From assembly GCA_016192525.1 (NCBI GenBank), contig JACPTZ010000218.1:9490-73489 (forward strand): 64,000 nt of DNA, read 5' to 3'. Source of the DNA: Planctomycetota bacterium. GTDB lineage: Bacteria > Planctomycetota > MHYJ01 > JACPTZ01. Below, piece by piece: positions 8,080 to 20,114 of this stretch; the first letter of the stretch is position 1, and each line of letters starts with the position of its first letter. Under the pieces are notes generated by a model. It saw only the letters and a program-made list of their open reading frames with translations. It was not told where the DNA came from and made no database searches. A program made the translations under genes and the position numbers.

Positions 8080-10673
8080 TGCGGACAGGCGCCACCGCCA
8101 TCGTGCTCGTATGCCTTGGCCTTCGCGCCGGGGCCTGGGCCCAGCCGGTGGATCCTCCGACGGGCCCCGCCGTCGACACGCCGGAAGGCCGTCGCGCCTT
8201 CCACCATCTCTCGCGGCACTACGAGAAGCTCGCGCCCTGCCCGGACTGCGATGAGTCGGTTCGCGCCCTGGATTCGGAAGACGAGGCGACCCGCCTCCGC
8301 GCGGTGGAGTTCGTGCAGGCCCTTCTCGTGCAGGCCGCCGCGGACGAGGCGCATTGGCGCTCCGGAAACACGAGGGACCACTGCTATTACCCCCGCCCGG
8401 AGTCGATGGCGCGTGAGTTCCGTGAGTCTCTGGCCCACCGCCTGTTTCATGACGCCCACGGCCCCGGAGCCCTGGGACCGGTCACGTGGTTGCTTCGTCA
8501 CGAGCGCACTCCCAAGGCCCAGGTTGACGCCTGGCGTGTTCTCAGGCAGGTCCAGACATCCGAAGCGTCGGACTTGATTCGGGAACTGCTCTCCCCGCCT
8601 CACCCGAATCAGGAGGTCCTGATCGGGGCCGTCGAGGAGACGGCCGCCCGGTCGCTCCGGGAGGCCCTCCCTCACGTCATCGCCCTCGTCACGCATCACC
8701 GGAGCGCCGTTCGCGAGGCGGCCCGCCGCGCGGCGGGGCGTCTCGGTGCGGAAAAGATCCGGGACTTCCGCCCGGAAGAGGCTCTCTCGCCCTGGCTCGC
8801 GTCGGAGTTGGCTCGCATCCGCGCGATGGTCCGCGCCCCGATTCCGGAGGAGGCCGAGTGGTGCCGCTTCGAGCCCGGACCGGAGAAGGACATTCGCGGC
8901 CGGTCCCGGACTCCCGAACCGTTCAGCGGCTGGCTTCTCGCCAACAAGGGAGGCCGCCTGCTCATCGTCGACGACGTCGGAGAAGAGCGCCGGATCCCGG
9001 CCGGAACGGTGGCCGTGCGCCCCGGCACCTTCGCGGAGGAAGTCTCCCGATTTCTGCATCCGGCCCCACGGCCAGACGTGTCCGGGCCCGGATACCGATG
9101 GAGCCCGGGCTTTGCCGGCCCGAACTCCGAGCTCAGTATGATCCTCATCGCGGCCTGGGCCGAGGGATGGGGGGCGCGGACCGAGGCCATGGCGCTGATC
9201 CTGCCCCGGCTGGACGAGGGAAAGGATGATCGCGAACTCCACGAGACGGTCCGGATGCAGCTGGGGATGAGGTATCTCTACCGGATGTTCGACGAGTTCT
9301 CCCTCCGACGCGACTACGGGGCGGCCATCGCCATCGGACGCCATCTCTCGAACTCACACTTCGACGGCTTCCTTCACCAGGACGTGGCACGGGAGCTGGC
9401 CGGTCAACTCGCCAACCGCTCCGGAGACTTCACCTCGCTCACACTTCCCGCCCCGGACGCCTGGGCCGAAATCAGAACGAAGCTCGATCGCCCGGGACAA
9501 ATCCGCTATCTCGCCGATCGGCTGCGTCTGGTCCATGCGCGCTACTCCTTCGGGTTTGGAGGGGGCACGCTCAACGCGCCCCAGTTCGTCGAGCCTCCGG
9601 CGGAGCTCGGTCCGGAGCCCATCCCCACGGGAGGGACCGCTGTCATCAATCCCTTCACGGAACTTGAGGCCCTGGCCCTTGAGCCCGCCGACCTGCCGAT
9701 CCTGGCCCGTCTTCTGGACGGCGACGATTTCCTTCCTGCTTACAGCGGCGAGCATCCACGCGGCTGGGACCCGACCCTGCACCGCGTCCGGGAGGCCATC
9801 GGAGAGCTCCTGAACGACGTCGCCGGGAAGAAGATCTACTTCGCATCGGAGTACGCAAGGCTGGGCCCGACCGCCCGCCGGGAGAGAATGAACCGCCTCC
9901 GGGAGTGGTGTCAGGTGCATGCCGACCTCACATGGGAGGAGATTCGAGTCGAGGCGATGAAGGAGGCGACCACTCCGTGGGTCGTGCTCGACGCGGCGGA
10001 GGCCCTGATGAAGCGCGGGTCCGCGGCCGGAGCGCCGGTGCTGATTCGCCGGTGGAACGACTTTCCCGGCAAGCAGGGGGATATCCTCTCGAGACTCTAC
10101 CGGATGAACGCCCCGGAGTCGGTGCCGGAGGCGCGGAGAAAGTGGGTGTTCGCCGACGATCCAAGTGCGCGCTTCTGGGGGGGAATGATCCTGTTGCGGG
10201 ACTCTTCCGGCGCCGACGCGACGGCCGTGGAAACCCTCAAAAGCCTGCTGAGAGAGGACCCGGAGGGGAAGTTCCGGCGGGAGTCGTTCGACGCCCTCTT
10301 CGACACCGGGCGCGAGGAGTGCCGTCTCCTCGCCTGCGGGGTTGTCGAAGCGCCGCGATTCGCCTGCCTGTTCGATGAAGACGATCGGAGGATGCGAAAG
10401 ATGTTCGAGGCCGGGAGGCCGGAGGCGCTCGAATTCCTCCTCGCGGCGCTCGACGACGCGGGACCGTCCAACGCTTCCATGTACGATCCCGAGGCGCCGG
10501 AGGGACACGAGTCGGTGGAACTGGAAGTGCGGGACTGCACGGCACAGACGGTGAGCGCCTGGAGGGGTTCGGCTTACGACGAATGGGCCTCTCCGGAAGT
10601 TCGAACCGCAAAGATTGAGGAACTCAAGGAGTGGCTCAAGTCCGAAGCGAGTCGGGCGCGCGGCGGCCGATGA
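8079..10673 (+). CDS. large secreted orphan protein with HEAT-like helical repeats
   Basis: ATG 8079 overlaps gltA TAA (TAATG); N-terminal signal peptide MRTGATAIVLVCLGLRAGAWA/QP; 864 aa; no recognisable catalytic motif; the track ORF 6921-10673 is an artefactual upstream extension. Confidence 0.6.
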   Translation: MRTGATAIVLVCLGLRAGAWAQPVDPPTGPAVDTPEGRRAFHHLSRHYEKLAPCPDCDESVRALDSEDEATRLRAVEFVQALLVQAAADEAHWRSGNTRDHCYYPRPESMAREFRESLAHRLFHDAHGPGALGPVTWLLRHERTPKAQVDAWRVLRQVQTSEASDLIRELLSPPHPNQEVLIGAVEETAARSLREALPHVIALVTHHRSAVREAARRAAGRLGAEKIRDFRPEEALSPWLASELARIRAMVRAPIPEEAEWCRFEPGPEKDIRGRSRTPEPFSGWLLANKGGRLLIVDDVGEERRIPAGTVAVRPGTFAEEVSRFLHPAPRPDVSGPGYRWSPGFAGPNSELSMILIAAWAEGWGARTEAMALILPRLDEGKDDRELHETVRMQLGMRYLYRMFDEFSLRRDYGAAIAIGRHLSNSHFDGFLHQDVARELAGQLANRSGDFTSLTLPAPDAWAEIRTKLDRPGQIRYLADRLRLVHARYSFGFGGGTLNAPQFVEPPAELGPEPIPTGGTAVINPFTELEALALEPADLPILARLLDGDDFLPAYSGEHPRGWDPTLHRVREAIGELLNDVAGKKIYFASEYARLGPTARRERMNRLREWCQVHADLTWEEIRVEAMKEATTPWVVLDAAEALMKRGSAAGAPVLIRRWNDFPGKQGDILSRLYRMNAPESVPEARRKWVFADDPSARFWGGMILLRDSSGADATAVETLKSLLREDPEGKFRRESFDALFDTGREECRLLACGVVEAPRFACLFDEDDRRMRKMFEAGRPEALEFLLAALDDAGPSNASMYDPEAPEGHESVELEVRDCTAQTVSAWRGSAYDEWASPEVRTAKIEELKEWLKSEASRARGGR

Positions 10674-10716
10674 CGGCGCCCTTGACCCGTTCCCGGCGGT
10701 CGCCTACACTCCTGTT

Positions 10717-12168
10717 GTGAAATACCCCGAGGCCAGGGAGCGGCTCTCCGAGTTTCCAGAGCGCCCCGGCATCTACCTTCTGAAGGACGTCAAGGGTCGA
10801 GTCCTTTACGTCGGCAAGGCGAAATCGCTCCGGGACCGCGTCGCCTCCTATTTCCGCCCGGCGGCCGAACTGCCGCGCCGCACCCGGGCCATGCTTCCCG
10901 CCGTTTCCGAAATCGAGTACCTCGAGGCCCCCACCGAGGTCGAGGCCCTCCTGATGGAGGCCCGGCTCATCAAGGACGTCCAGCCGAAATACAACGTCCT
11001 CCTGAAGGACGGCAAGTCGTTCCCGCTCCTGGCGCTGTCCCGTGACGATGACTTCCCCCGCGTGTACGTGACACGGGATCCGGCCGCGGGCGTTCGGGGA
11101 AACCCTCCGGCGCGGCCCGCCAGACTCTATGGCCCCTTCACCGAGGCGAAGCCGCTGCGTCATGCCGTTCAGATCCTGCAGGGGATCTTCCGGTTCCGCA
11201 CCTGCGATCTGGAGATCCGCGAAGATGCTCCGAAGCGCCGCGGGTTTCGACCCTGTCTCCTTTACCACATCGGCCGCTGCTCGGCGCCCTGTGCCGGGAA
11301 GATCGGCAAGGCCGACTACGCCTCCGACCTCCAGCGGTTCCGGCAGTTCCTTTCCGGCGGGCGCGCCCCGGTTCTCAAGGCCCTCGAAGCCGATATGGCC
11401 CGCGCGGCGGCCGCCCGGGAGTACGAGCGCGCCGCCGGGTTGCGCGACCAGATCGCCTCCCTCCGCGGACTCGACCGACGCTGGCGCCGCACTCCGCTCG
11501 ACCAGACGGAGCTCACCCCGCTCGACCCGTTCGAGAACATGCAGGACCTCGGCGCCGCCCTCGGTCTCTCGCCCGTCCCCCGCACCATCGAGGGGATCGA
11601 TCTTGCGCACCTCGGAGGGCAGGAAGCGGTCGGTTCCCTGGTGGCCTTCCTCGACGGCATCCCGTACAAGGACGGCTACCGCCGGTTCCGCCTCAAGACC
11701 GTGACACCGGTGGATGACTACGCGTCCATGAGAGAGGTCGTGCGACGCCGGTTCTCGCGACTCATGTGTGAAGGCCTTCCCTTTCCGGACCTTCTCCTTC
11801 TCGACGGCGGCGCGGCTCATCTTCGTGCGACCCTGGCAGAATTCCAGGCTCTTGGATTTCGGCCCCCGGTCCTTCTCGCTCTGGCAAAGCACGAAGGAGA
11901 TCATCTGTTCACACCGGCTTCCGGGCCCGGAGCCGTTCCGGAGGCCTCCCCCGCCCGGGTGGCCCCCCGGCGGAGCTCCGCCTCCGATCCCCAGATCGTT
12001 CCGCTCCACCTCGATCCGCGTTCCGCCGGATTTCGCCTGCTGCAGTTCGTTCGCGATGAGGCGCACCGCTTTGCCCAGCGGTATCACCACTTCCTTCGCT
12101 CGGAGCGGACGTTCCGGGATGTTCCAGCGCCGCCCTCCAGAGCCCCGCGCTACCCGTCGAAAAAATGA
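10717..12168 (+). CDS. uvrC: excinuclease ABC subunit C, lacking the C-terminal (HhH)2 domain
   Basis: GIY-YIG motif PGIYLLKDVKGRVLYVGKAKSLRDRVASYF, UVR motif EYERAAGLRDQIASL, endonuclease region IEGIDLAH..; start uncertain (GTG 10717 or ATG 10615, which overlaps the upstream gene). Confidence 0.8.
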   Translation: MKYPEARERLSEFPERPGIYLLKDVKGRVLYVGKAKSLRDRVASYFRPAAELPRRTRAMLPAVSEIEYLEAPTEVEALLMEARLIKDVQPKYNVLLKDGKSFPLLALSRDDDFPRVYVTRDPAAGVRGNPPARPARLYGPFTEAKPLRHAVQILQGIFRFRTCDLEIREDAPKRRGFRPCLLYHIGRCSAPCAGKIGKADYASDLQRFRQFLSGGRAPVLKALEADMARAAAAREYERAAGLRDQIASLRGLDRRWRRTPLDQTELTPLDPFENMQDLGAALGLSPVPRTIEGIDLAHLGGQEAVGSLVAFLDGIPYKDGYRRFRLKTVTPVDDYASMREVVRRRFSRLMCEGLPFPDLLLLDGGAAHLRATLAEFQALGFRPPVLLALAKHEGDHLFTPASGPGAVPEASPARVAPRRSSASDPQIVPLHLDPRSAGFRLLQFVRDEAHRFAQRYHHFLRSERTFRDVPAPPSRAPRYPSKK

Positions 12169-12177
12169 CCGCGAGAC

Positions 12178-12274
12178 TTTTCCACATTTCACGATAATGC
12201 CCGCTGCTTCAACCGCTTGCGACGCTTTCCACAGCCGTTATTCTTTTGCCGGTTTGAACCCTCGCGAGTAGAAT
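12178..12274 (+). promoter_or_regulatory. dnaA upstream region: two DnaA-box-like 9-mers and a candidate promoter
   Basis: TTTTCCACA (12178-12186) and CTTTCCACA (12225-12233) versus consensus TTATCCACA; TTGCCG-17 nt-TAGAAT (12246-12274); locally AT-richer than surroundings. Confidence 0.35.
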
Positions 12275-12340
12275 CCGCCGCGTCATTCATACATCCTCCG
12301 TTCTCATCGCGCTCGTCGCCCGCCGAAAGGACCGTCCGCA

Positions 12341-13720
12341 ATGCCCGCGCTGGACCCGCGCCTTACGGAACAGATACGTGCCCACCTCGCCCGAACCATT
12401 GAGCCTCACCTGTACCGACAGTGGCTGGAACACGCGCCTTTCGAAGGCGGCCTTGACGGCGGCATCGATGTCGGTGTTCCGAATCAGTTCGCGAGCGACT
12501 ACTTCGAGAAATCTCTCCGGGGACCGATCGAAACCGCGGTCAACGTCTCTCTCGGAATGACCCGATCCGTGCGCTTTGTCGTCCGTCCGGACGCCACCCT
12601 GCCCGTCCGTCCCGAGGTAGCCCCTGCTGTCCCACCCGCCGCCGCCCCCGCGGCCTCCGTTCTGGTGCAGGTCGCAAGTCCGCCGCGGGATCTGCGTCTC
12701 AATCCTGATTACTCCTTTGACCAGTTTGTCGTCGGCCCCTCGAACCGACTTGCTCATGCCGCCGCTCTCGCGGTGAGCGAGGCGCCCGGCAAAGCCTATA
12801 ACCCGCTCTTCATCCACGGCGCGGTCGGTCTCGGCAAGACGCATCTCCTCCAGGCGCTGTGTCACTCCGTTCGCGCCCGGCTTCCGAACGCCGTGATTGA
12901 CTATCTCCCGTGCGAGGAATTCGTCAACGCCTACATCGCCTCCCTCAAGGAACAGAAGGTGGAGCAGTTCCGCGCGCGGTACCGCGGCGCGGATGTCCTG
13001 CTGGTGGACGACGTCCACTTCCTGGCGAACAAGACGGGCAGCCAGGAAGAGTTTTTCCACATGTTCAACGCCCTGCGCAACGCCTCCCGGCAGCTTGTCT
13101 TCTCCAGTGATGCCCCGCCGAAGGACATCCCCACGCTCGAAGAGCGCCTCGCCTCGCGTTTCAACTGGGGCATCGTGGCCCGGCTCGATCCGCCGCTTTT
13201 CGAAACCCGCGCCGCCATCCTGAGACAGAAGGCACAGCAGCGCGGCGCCGTTTTCCCGGATGACGTCGTCGACTTCGTGGCGGTCCACATCGAAACCAAC
13301 ATCCGCGATCTGGAGAGCGCCGCCCTCAAGCTCATTGCGACCGCTCTGGTGGAGCGCCGCGCCATCGACATCGAACTGGCGCGACGAATCCTGCAGGAGC
13401 ACACGGCGGTTCCCTCCACCCGTCTCACCGTCGCGGACATCCAAAACGCCGTCAGCCGGCACTTTCACGTCCGGATTTCCGACATGCAGTCGCGCAAACG
13501 AAACCGCTCGATATCCGTTCCGCGGCAGATCACCGGCTACCTGATCCGGACGCTGCTCGACATTCCGCTCCAGGACATCGGCGGCTATCTCGGCGGCAAG
13601 GACCACACCACGATCATGTACGGCATCGGCCGGGTGAAGGCGAAGATGGAGAGCGACTTCCAGTTCCGGGCCACCATCGAGCATCTGGCCGCTGAATTGC
13701 GACGACTTCAGAGCACCTGA
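12341..13720 (+). CDS. dnaA: chromosomal replication initiator protein DnaA
   Basis: 459 aa; Walker A GAVGLGKTHLLQA, Walker B LLVDDVHFL, C-terminal DNA-binding helix region with HTTIMYG. Confidence 0.95.
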   Translation: MPALDPRLTEQIRAHLARTIEPHLYRQWLEHAPFEGGLDGGIDVGVPNQFASDYFEKSLRGPIETAVNVSLGMTRSVRFVVRPDATLPVRPEVAPAVPPAAAPAASVLVQVASPPRDLRLNPDYSFDQFVVGPSNRLAHAAALAVSEAPGKAYNPLFIHGAVGLGKTHLLQALCHSVRARLPNAVIDYLPCEEFVNAYIASLKEQKVEQFRARYRGADVLLVDDVHFLANKTGSQEEFFHMFNALRNASRQLVFSSDAPPKDIPTLEERLASRFNWGIVARLDPPLFETRAAILRQKAQQRGAVFPDDVVDFVAVHIETNIRDLESAALKLIATALVERRAIDIELARRILQEHTAVPSTRLTVADIQNAVSRHFHVRISDMQSRKRNRSISVPRQITGYLIRTLLDIPLQDIGGYLGGKDHTTIMYGIGRVKAKMESDFQFRATIEHLAAELRRLQST

Positions 13721-14024
13721 GAGAGGAAATCCGGTGGAGAAGGGCGGGACGAGAAGAGGGGATTTCAGCAGTGTTCCGGGACAGATTCTGCAAAAACCCG
13801 GACCGTTCGTACGGCGTTCTGGAGTATGCGAGATCGCCCCGCAGGATGCCGGGATGTTCTCCACCGACGTTCCAGACCCAGGCGCGGACACAACCTTTTT
13901 CGCGCCGCCGGATTGCCGCAATGATCGACAACTGTTAGGCGGGGCGGCGGCCCGTGCTTATGGAGATGGATAGTTTTTCTGAGAGAAGGACTCATCCCAA
14001 CAACCCCAGGGCCCATCGTGTCGC

Positions 14025-14522
14025 ATGCAGATGCTCGCCGAAGTACTGGCTTTCGTCTTCGTCTTCGTCGTTCTGGAGGTGACGGCGCTCTTCGCGCCGC
14101 ATCAGTTGCCGATGGTGGGATTCGCTCTGGCTGTCTTTCTCTTTCTCTACAGCAAACTCGACAGGATCGAGATCGCCCTTTCTGAGGAACGAAGGGCTCA
14201 ATACCAGCGCTTTCAGGAGCGGCGCCGAGAGGTGATCGGCGCGACCTTGCTTCTGACCTTTGTCCTCTGCAGCGTGATCTATCTTCTTCATCTGTATGGG
14301 GTCATTGCTCCGGTGCCGGCGCCGGGTGAAGGCGTGCGACTGGCCTCGGAGTCATGGGGAGGCAAACGTTCGCGCGGTCCAGCCGCCGGCGTATCGCCGA
14401 GTCCGGTTTCGGCCCCGGCGCCGCCTTCTTCCGTGACCCCGAGCGGGCCTCTTCCTCCCCCGCCGGAACCGGAGGAGGAGGCCCCGCCGGTGCCGCCGGA
14501 ACCGGATTCGTCCCCGCATTAA
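14025..14522 (+). CDS. small membrane protein with Pro-rich C-terminal tail (hypothetical)
   Basis: 165 aa; three predicted hydrophobic helices then PAPPSSVTPSGPLPPPPEPEEE; inserted between dnaA and dnaN. Confidence 0.5.
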   Translation: MQMLAEVLAFVFVFVVLEVTALFAPHQLPMVGFALAVFLFLYSKLDRIEIALSEERRAQYQRFQERRREVIGATLLLTFVLCSVIYLLHLYGVIAPVPAPGEGVRLASESWGGKRSRGPAAGVSPSPVSAPAPPSSVTPSGPLPPPPEPEEEAPPVPPEPDSSPH

Positions 14523-14540
14523 CCTGGAAAGGAGACCGCC

Positions 14541-15647
14541 ATGAAGTTTCGCTGCAACCGACAGGCCCTGAGCGATGCCTTTGCCCTGGTAGGGAGCGTC
14601 GCCCCGCAGAAGAGCACCATCCCGATCCTGCAAAATGTCCGGCTGGAGGCGTCGGACCGCCAGATCGAAGTCGTCGGTACCGATCTGGAGGTCGGCGTCC
14701 GGGTCGTCGTGGCGCCGGCCGACGTCCAGGACGGAGGGGTGATGATTCTCCCCTCCGCCCGCGTCGGAGCCATTCTGCGGGAGGGCACGGAGTCGGAGGT
14801 GTCCTGCGTGGGGGACGGTCAACTGGCCACCCTGACGTGCGGGGAGGATACGTTCAAGGTCCAGGGCGCGAATCCCGTCGATTATCCCGAATTCCCGTCC
14901 TTCGAGAAGAAGAAGGCGGTCAGTGTGGAATCGAAGCACCTGAAAGACATGATCCGGAAGACGATTTTCGCCACCGCCGCCGAACTGACGCGCTATGCGC
15001 TGACCGGGGTGCTTTTCGTCGTGAAGGAAGATCAGATCCGGCTCGTGGCGAGTGACGGCAAGCGGCTGGCCTACGCGCGGGCCAAGCTGAGCAAGGAGGA
15101 ACGGGCCAAGGGCGAGATCAAGGTGATCGTGCCGACGAAGGGAATGCACCTCCTGGAGCGGCTGATCACGGAGGAGGACGAAAGCGTGCTGCTGGCGGTC
15201 GAGGAGAATCAGATCAAGATCCAGACGAAGGGCGGGACGATGTTCTCGCGACTCGTTGAGGGAAGCTTCCCCGAATACGAAGCCGTCATCCCGTCCGACG
15301 CCGGGATCAAGCTCAAGCTTCCGGTCGAAGACTTCGCCGCCGCGATGCGGCGGGCGGCGATCCTGACGAGCGAGAAGGCCCGCGCCACGAAGTTTCAGCT
15401 GAAGAAGGACAAGCTGGTGCTTCTGGCGCGAACGCAGGACGTGGGAGAATCGAAGGTCGAGGTCCCGGTGAAGTACGACGGGGACGAGTTTGAGATCGTG
15501 TTCAATCCCGAGTATTTCACCGATGTGCTTCGCGTGGTGGAGGTGGAGGAAGTGCAGTTCGAGTTGAAGGACAAAAAGTCTCCGGGAGTCGTCCGGGCCG
15601 GCAAGGACTACGTGTATCTGGTGATGCCGCTCAGTATTGAGGTGTAA
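14541..15647 (+). CDS. dnaN: DNA polymerase III beta subunit (sliding clamp)
   Basis: 368 aa; MKFRCNRQALSDAFALVGSVAPQKSTIPILQNVRLEA typical N-terminus; RBS GGAAAGGAG upstream. Confidence 0.95.
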   Translation: MKFRCNRQALSDAFALVGSVAPQKSTIPILQNVRLEASDRQIEVVGTDLEVGVRVVVAPADVQDGGVMILPSARVGAILREGTESEVSCVGDGQLATLTCGEDTFKVQGANPVDYPEFPSFEKKKAVSVESKHLKDMIRKTIFATAAELTRYALTGVLFVVKEDQIRLVASDGKRLAYARAKLSKEERAKGEIKVIVPTKGMHLLERLITEEDESVLLAVEENQIKIQTKGGTMFSRLVEGSFPEYEAVIPSDAGIKLKLPVEDFAAAMRRAAILTSEKARATKFQLKKDKLVLLARTQDVGESKVEVPVKYDGDEFEIVFNPEYFTDVLRVVEVEEVQFELKDKKSPGVVRAGKDYVYLVMPLSIEV

Positions 15648-15665
15648 GGCGAGAGGAGCGTCGAC

Positions 15666-15980
15666 GTGGGGCGGCGAACGGAGAAGGCGGGACCGCAGGC
15701 CATCGGTCCCCTGGTGGAGAGCCTTCTCGGAGGGCTCTCCGTCCAGCGGTCGAAAAACCGGGCCGCGCTGGAGGCGGCCTGGGAGTCGGCCATCGGCCCT
15801 GCGGGGTCCCGCCATACCCGGGTGATGGGGCTCGACCGGGGGATCCTTCACGTGGCCGTGGAGAGCGCCCCGCTCCTTCAGCATCTCGCGCACTTCCGGA
15901 AAACCGAATTGCTCCGCGCCCTCCGCGCGGATCCCGCCGGAGCCGGCATTCGCGACTTGCGCCTTTCGGCCGGAAACTGA
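15666..15980 (+). CDS. DUF721 / DciA-like protein
   Basis: 104 aa, GTG start; position between dnaN and gyrB and the pattern IGPLVESLL..W..AIG...HT.V.....G.L.V.V.S are typical of DUF721. Confidence 0.6.
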   Translation: MGRRTEKAGPQAIGPLVESLLGGLSVQRSKNRAALEAAWESAIGPAGSRHTRVMGLDRGILHVAVESAPLLQHLAHFRKTELLRALRADPAGAGIRDLRLSAGN

Positions 15981-18524
<2,544 letters not shown>

Positions 18525-18543
18525 CGGAAGCGAAAGACCGAAC

Positions 18544-18954
18544 ATGGCCGACTGGCGGGAACAGGATCTGGGCGGGAATCCGCCGATGCCCCCGTGGCTC
18601 GTCCGGCAAATCCGCTTCTGGAGGTACGGAAGCCTGGGTATCGGACTGGCCTCCTGGGTGATCTGGCTGGCCCCGCTGGCCTGGTTCAAGGCGACGTCGC
18701 CGAACGCCCGGTTCTTCACCGCCTACGGCCTGGTGGCCGGAACGCTGACGCATCGGTTCGACCCGATTCTCCTGTCGATCGGCTGCACGGCGGCGATCGT
18801 GGGATCGATCGGAGGAATGATCTCGGCCGTGCTCGGGCTGAAGGCGCTCGGGGCGAAGTCGCCGCCGGCCCTCTTCATCGGATTTGCCGTCTGCTTCGCC
18901 CTGCTCCTGCTTAACCTGTTCCTGCCCGGCGGACAGCGGGGTCCCGTTCGATGA
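18544..18954 (+). CDS. small integral membrane protein (hypothetical)
   Basis: 136 aa, four hydrophobic segments; stop overlaps moaB start (ATGA at 18951). Confidence 0.5.
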   Translation: MADWREQDLGGNPPMPPWLVRQIRFWRYGSLGIGLASWVIWLAPLAWFKATSPNARFFTAYGLVAGTLTHRFDPILLSIGCTAAIVGSIGGMISAVLGLKALGAKSPPALFIGFAVCFALLLLNLFLPGGQRGPVR

Positions 18955-19460
18955 GTGTCGAAGGCCACCAGGCCGCCGCCGCGGAAGCGGAGACGATTCG
19001 CGTCGCCCTCCGCGTGACGACCGATTCGCGGACGGCCGCGACAGACGAAACCGGGCGGTTGGCCGCGGAGTTGCTCGCCAAAGCCGGTTTCAGCGTCGAT
19101 GGACCCGCCCTGGTTTCAAACGACCCAGCCACATTGCGTCGCGCGATTCGTGAGGCGCTCCTGGGCACGGCCGACGTCGTTCTCCTGAGCGGCGGCACAG
19201 GGCTGGGAAGACGGGACGGGACCGTCGAGGCGGTGAGCGAGGTGATCGCCAAGCGCCTGGACGGATTCGGAGAGGCGTTCCGCGCCCTGAGTTTCGCCGA
19301 GATCGGGCCGGCCGCCATCCTGACCCGGGCTCTTCTGGGCTCGACAGTCGAAGGAAAAATCGTCGTGTGCACCCCCGGCAGCCCCAACGCCATGAGACTC
19401 GCCCTCGAGAGACTCCTCCTGCCGGAGTTGCCGCACCTCGTGCGCGAAGCGCGCCGGTAA
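18951..19460 (+). CDS. moaB: molybdenum cofactor biosynthesis protein B (MoaB/MogA family)
   Basis: 169 aa; VVLLSGGTGLGRRDGTVEAV and TPGSPNA motifs of the MoCF-biosynthesis domain. Confidence 0.8.
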   Translation: MSVEGHQAAAAEAETIRVALRVTTDSRTAATDETGRLAAELLAKAGFSVDGPALVSNDPATLRRAIREALLGTADVVLLSGGTGLGRRDGTVEAVSEVIAKRLDGFGEAFRALSFAEIGPAAILTRALLGSTVEGKIVVCTPGSPNAMRLALERLLLPELPHLVREARR

Positions 19461-19486
19461 GCGGACGCGCGCCGGCGGAGGGGAAA

Positions 19487-20038
19487 ATGCCTACCGTCGC
19501 CTGCCCGAACTGCCAGATGCCGCTCTCCGTTCCTGAGAGCGCGGCCGGCCGCAAGGTCCGATGCCCGCAGTGCCAGACCGTCTTCACGGCCGGGGCCACC
19601 GGTCCGGCAGGGGGATCGTCCGCGGGGGAACGCCCCGGCGGAACGCGCCGCGCGCGGCGCGGCGTCCGCCGACCCGCAGATTCCTCCGGCGGACTCTGGC
19701 TCCTCGGCGGAATTGCCCTCGTCGCCCTGCTCGCCGGCGGCTTCTACCTGGCGACCTCCGGGCCAAAGGATGAGTCGGCCGCCGTCCGTCGGCTCCGCGA
19801 GGATCCAACGCTCAAGGCGTTCATTTCCAGCGGAGGAGAGAGTGGTCGGAGTGAGGTGCGCCTCCTGGAGCGACACGATCAGGAAATGACCGAGTCGCGC
19901 TATGCCCTGCCGGTGGGATCGCCCGTGAAAGTGAACGCCTCCGTGCGCGTCAACGGGCAGATGTATCTGCTCGTCGAATCGACAACCGGAGTGTCCGACG
20001 GCTGGACACCGGAGCGGTTTGTGGAGTTGCGGAAGTGA
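19487..20038 (+). CDS. zinc-ribbon membrane protein (MJ0042-type CxxC..CxxC finger, one TM, C-terminal beta domain)
   Basis: MPTVACPNCQMPLSVPESAAGRKVRCPQCQTVF; TM LWLLGGIALVALLAGGFYL; ATG 19487 chosen over upstream 19367. Confidence 0.6.
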   Translation: MPTVACPNCQMPLSVPESAAGRKVRCPQCQTVFTAGATGPAGGSSAGERPGGTRRARRGVRRPADSSGGLWLLGGIALVALLAGGFYLATSGPKDESAAVRRLREDPTLKAFISSGGESGRSEVRLLERHDQEMTESRYALPVGSPVKVNASVRVNGQMYLLVESTTGVSDGWTPERFVELRK

Positions 20039-20051
20039 GGGGGGCAGAAGG

Positions 20052-20114
20052 CAGGGGTCAGGGGTCAGGGGTCAGGGGTCGGGGGTCAGGGGTCGGGGGT
20101 CGGGGGTGGGGGGT
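20052..20114 (+). repeat. nine tandem heptamers CRGGGGT (G-tract array)
   Basis: caggggt x4, cgggggt, caggggt, cgggggt x2, ggggggt, directly abutting repeat B2. Confidence 0.9.

Noticed and set aside
20052-20114. Possible CRISPR array or telomere-like repeat
   Set aside because: The units are only 7 bp with no spacers, and no cas genes are nearby. It is a simple tandem repeat.
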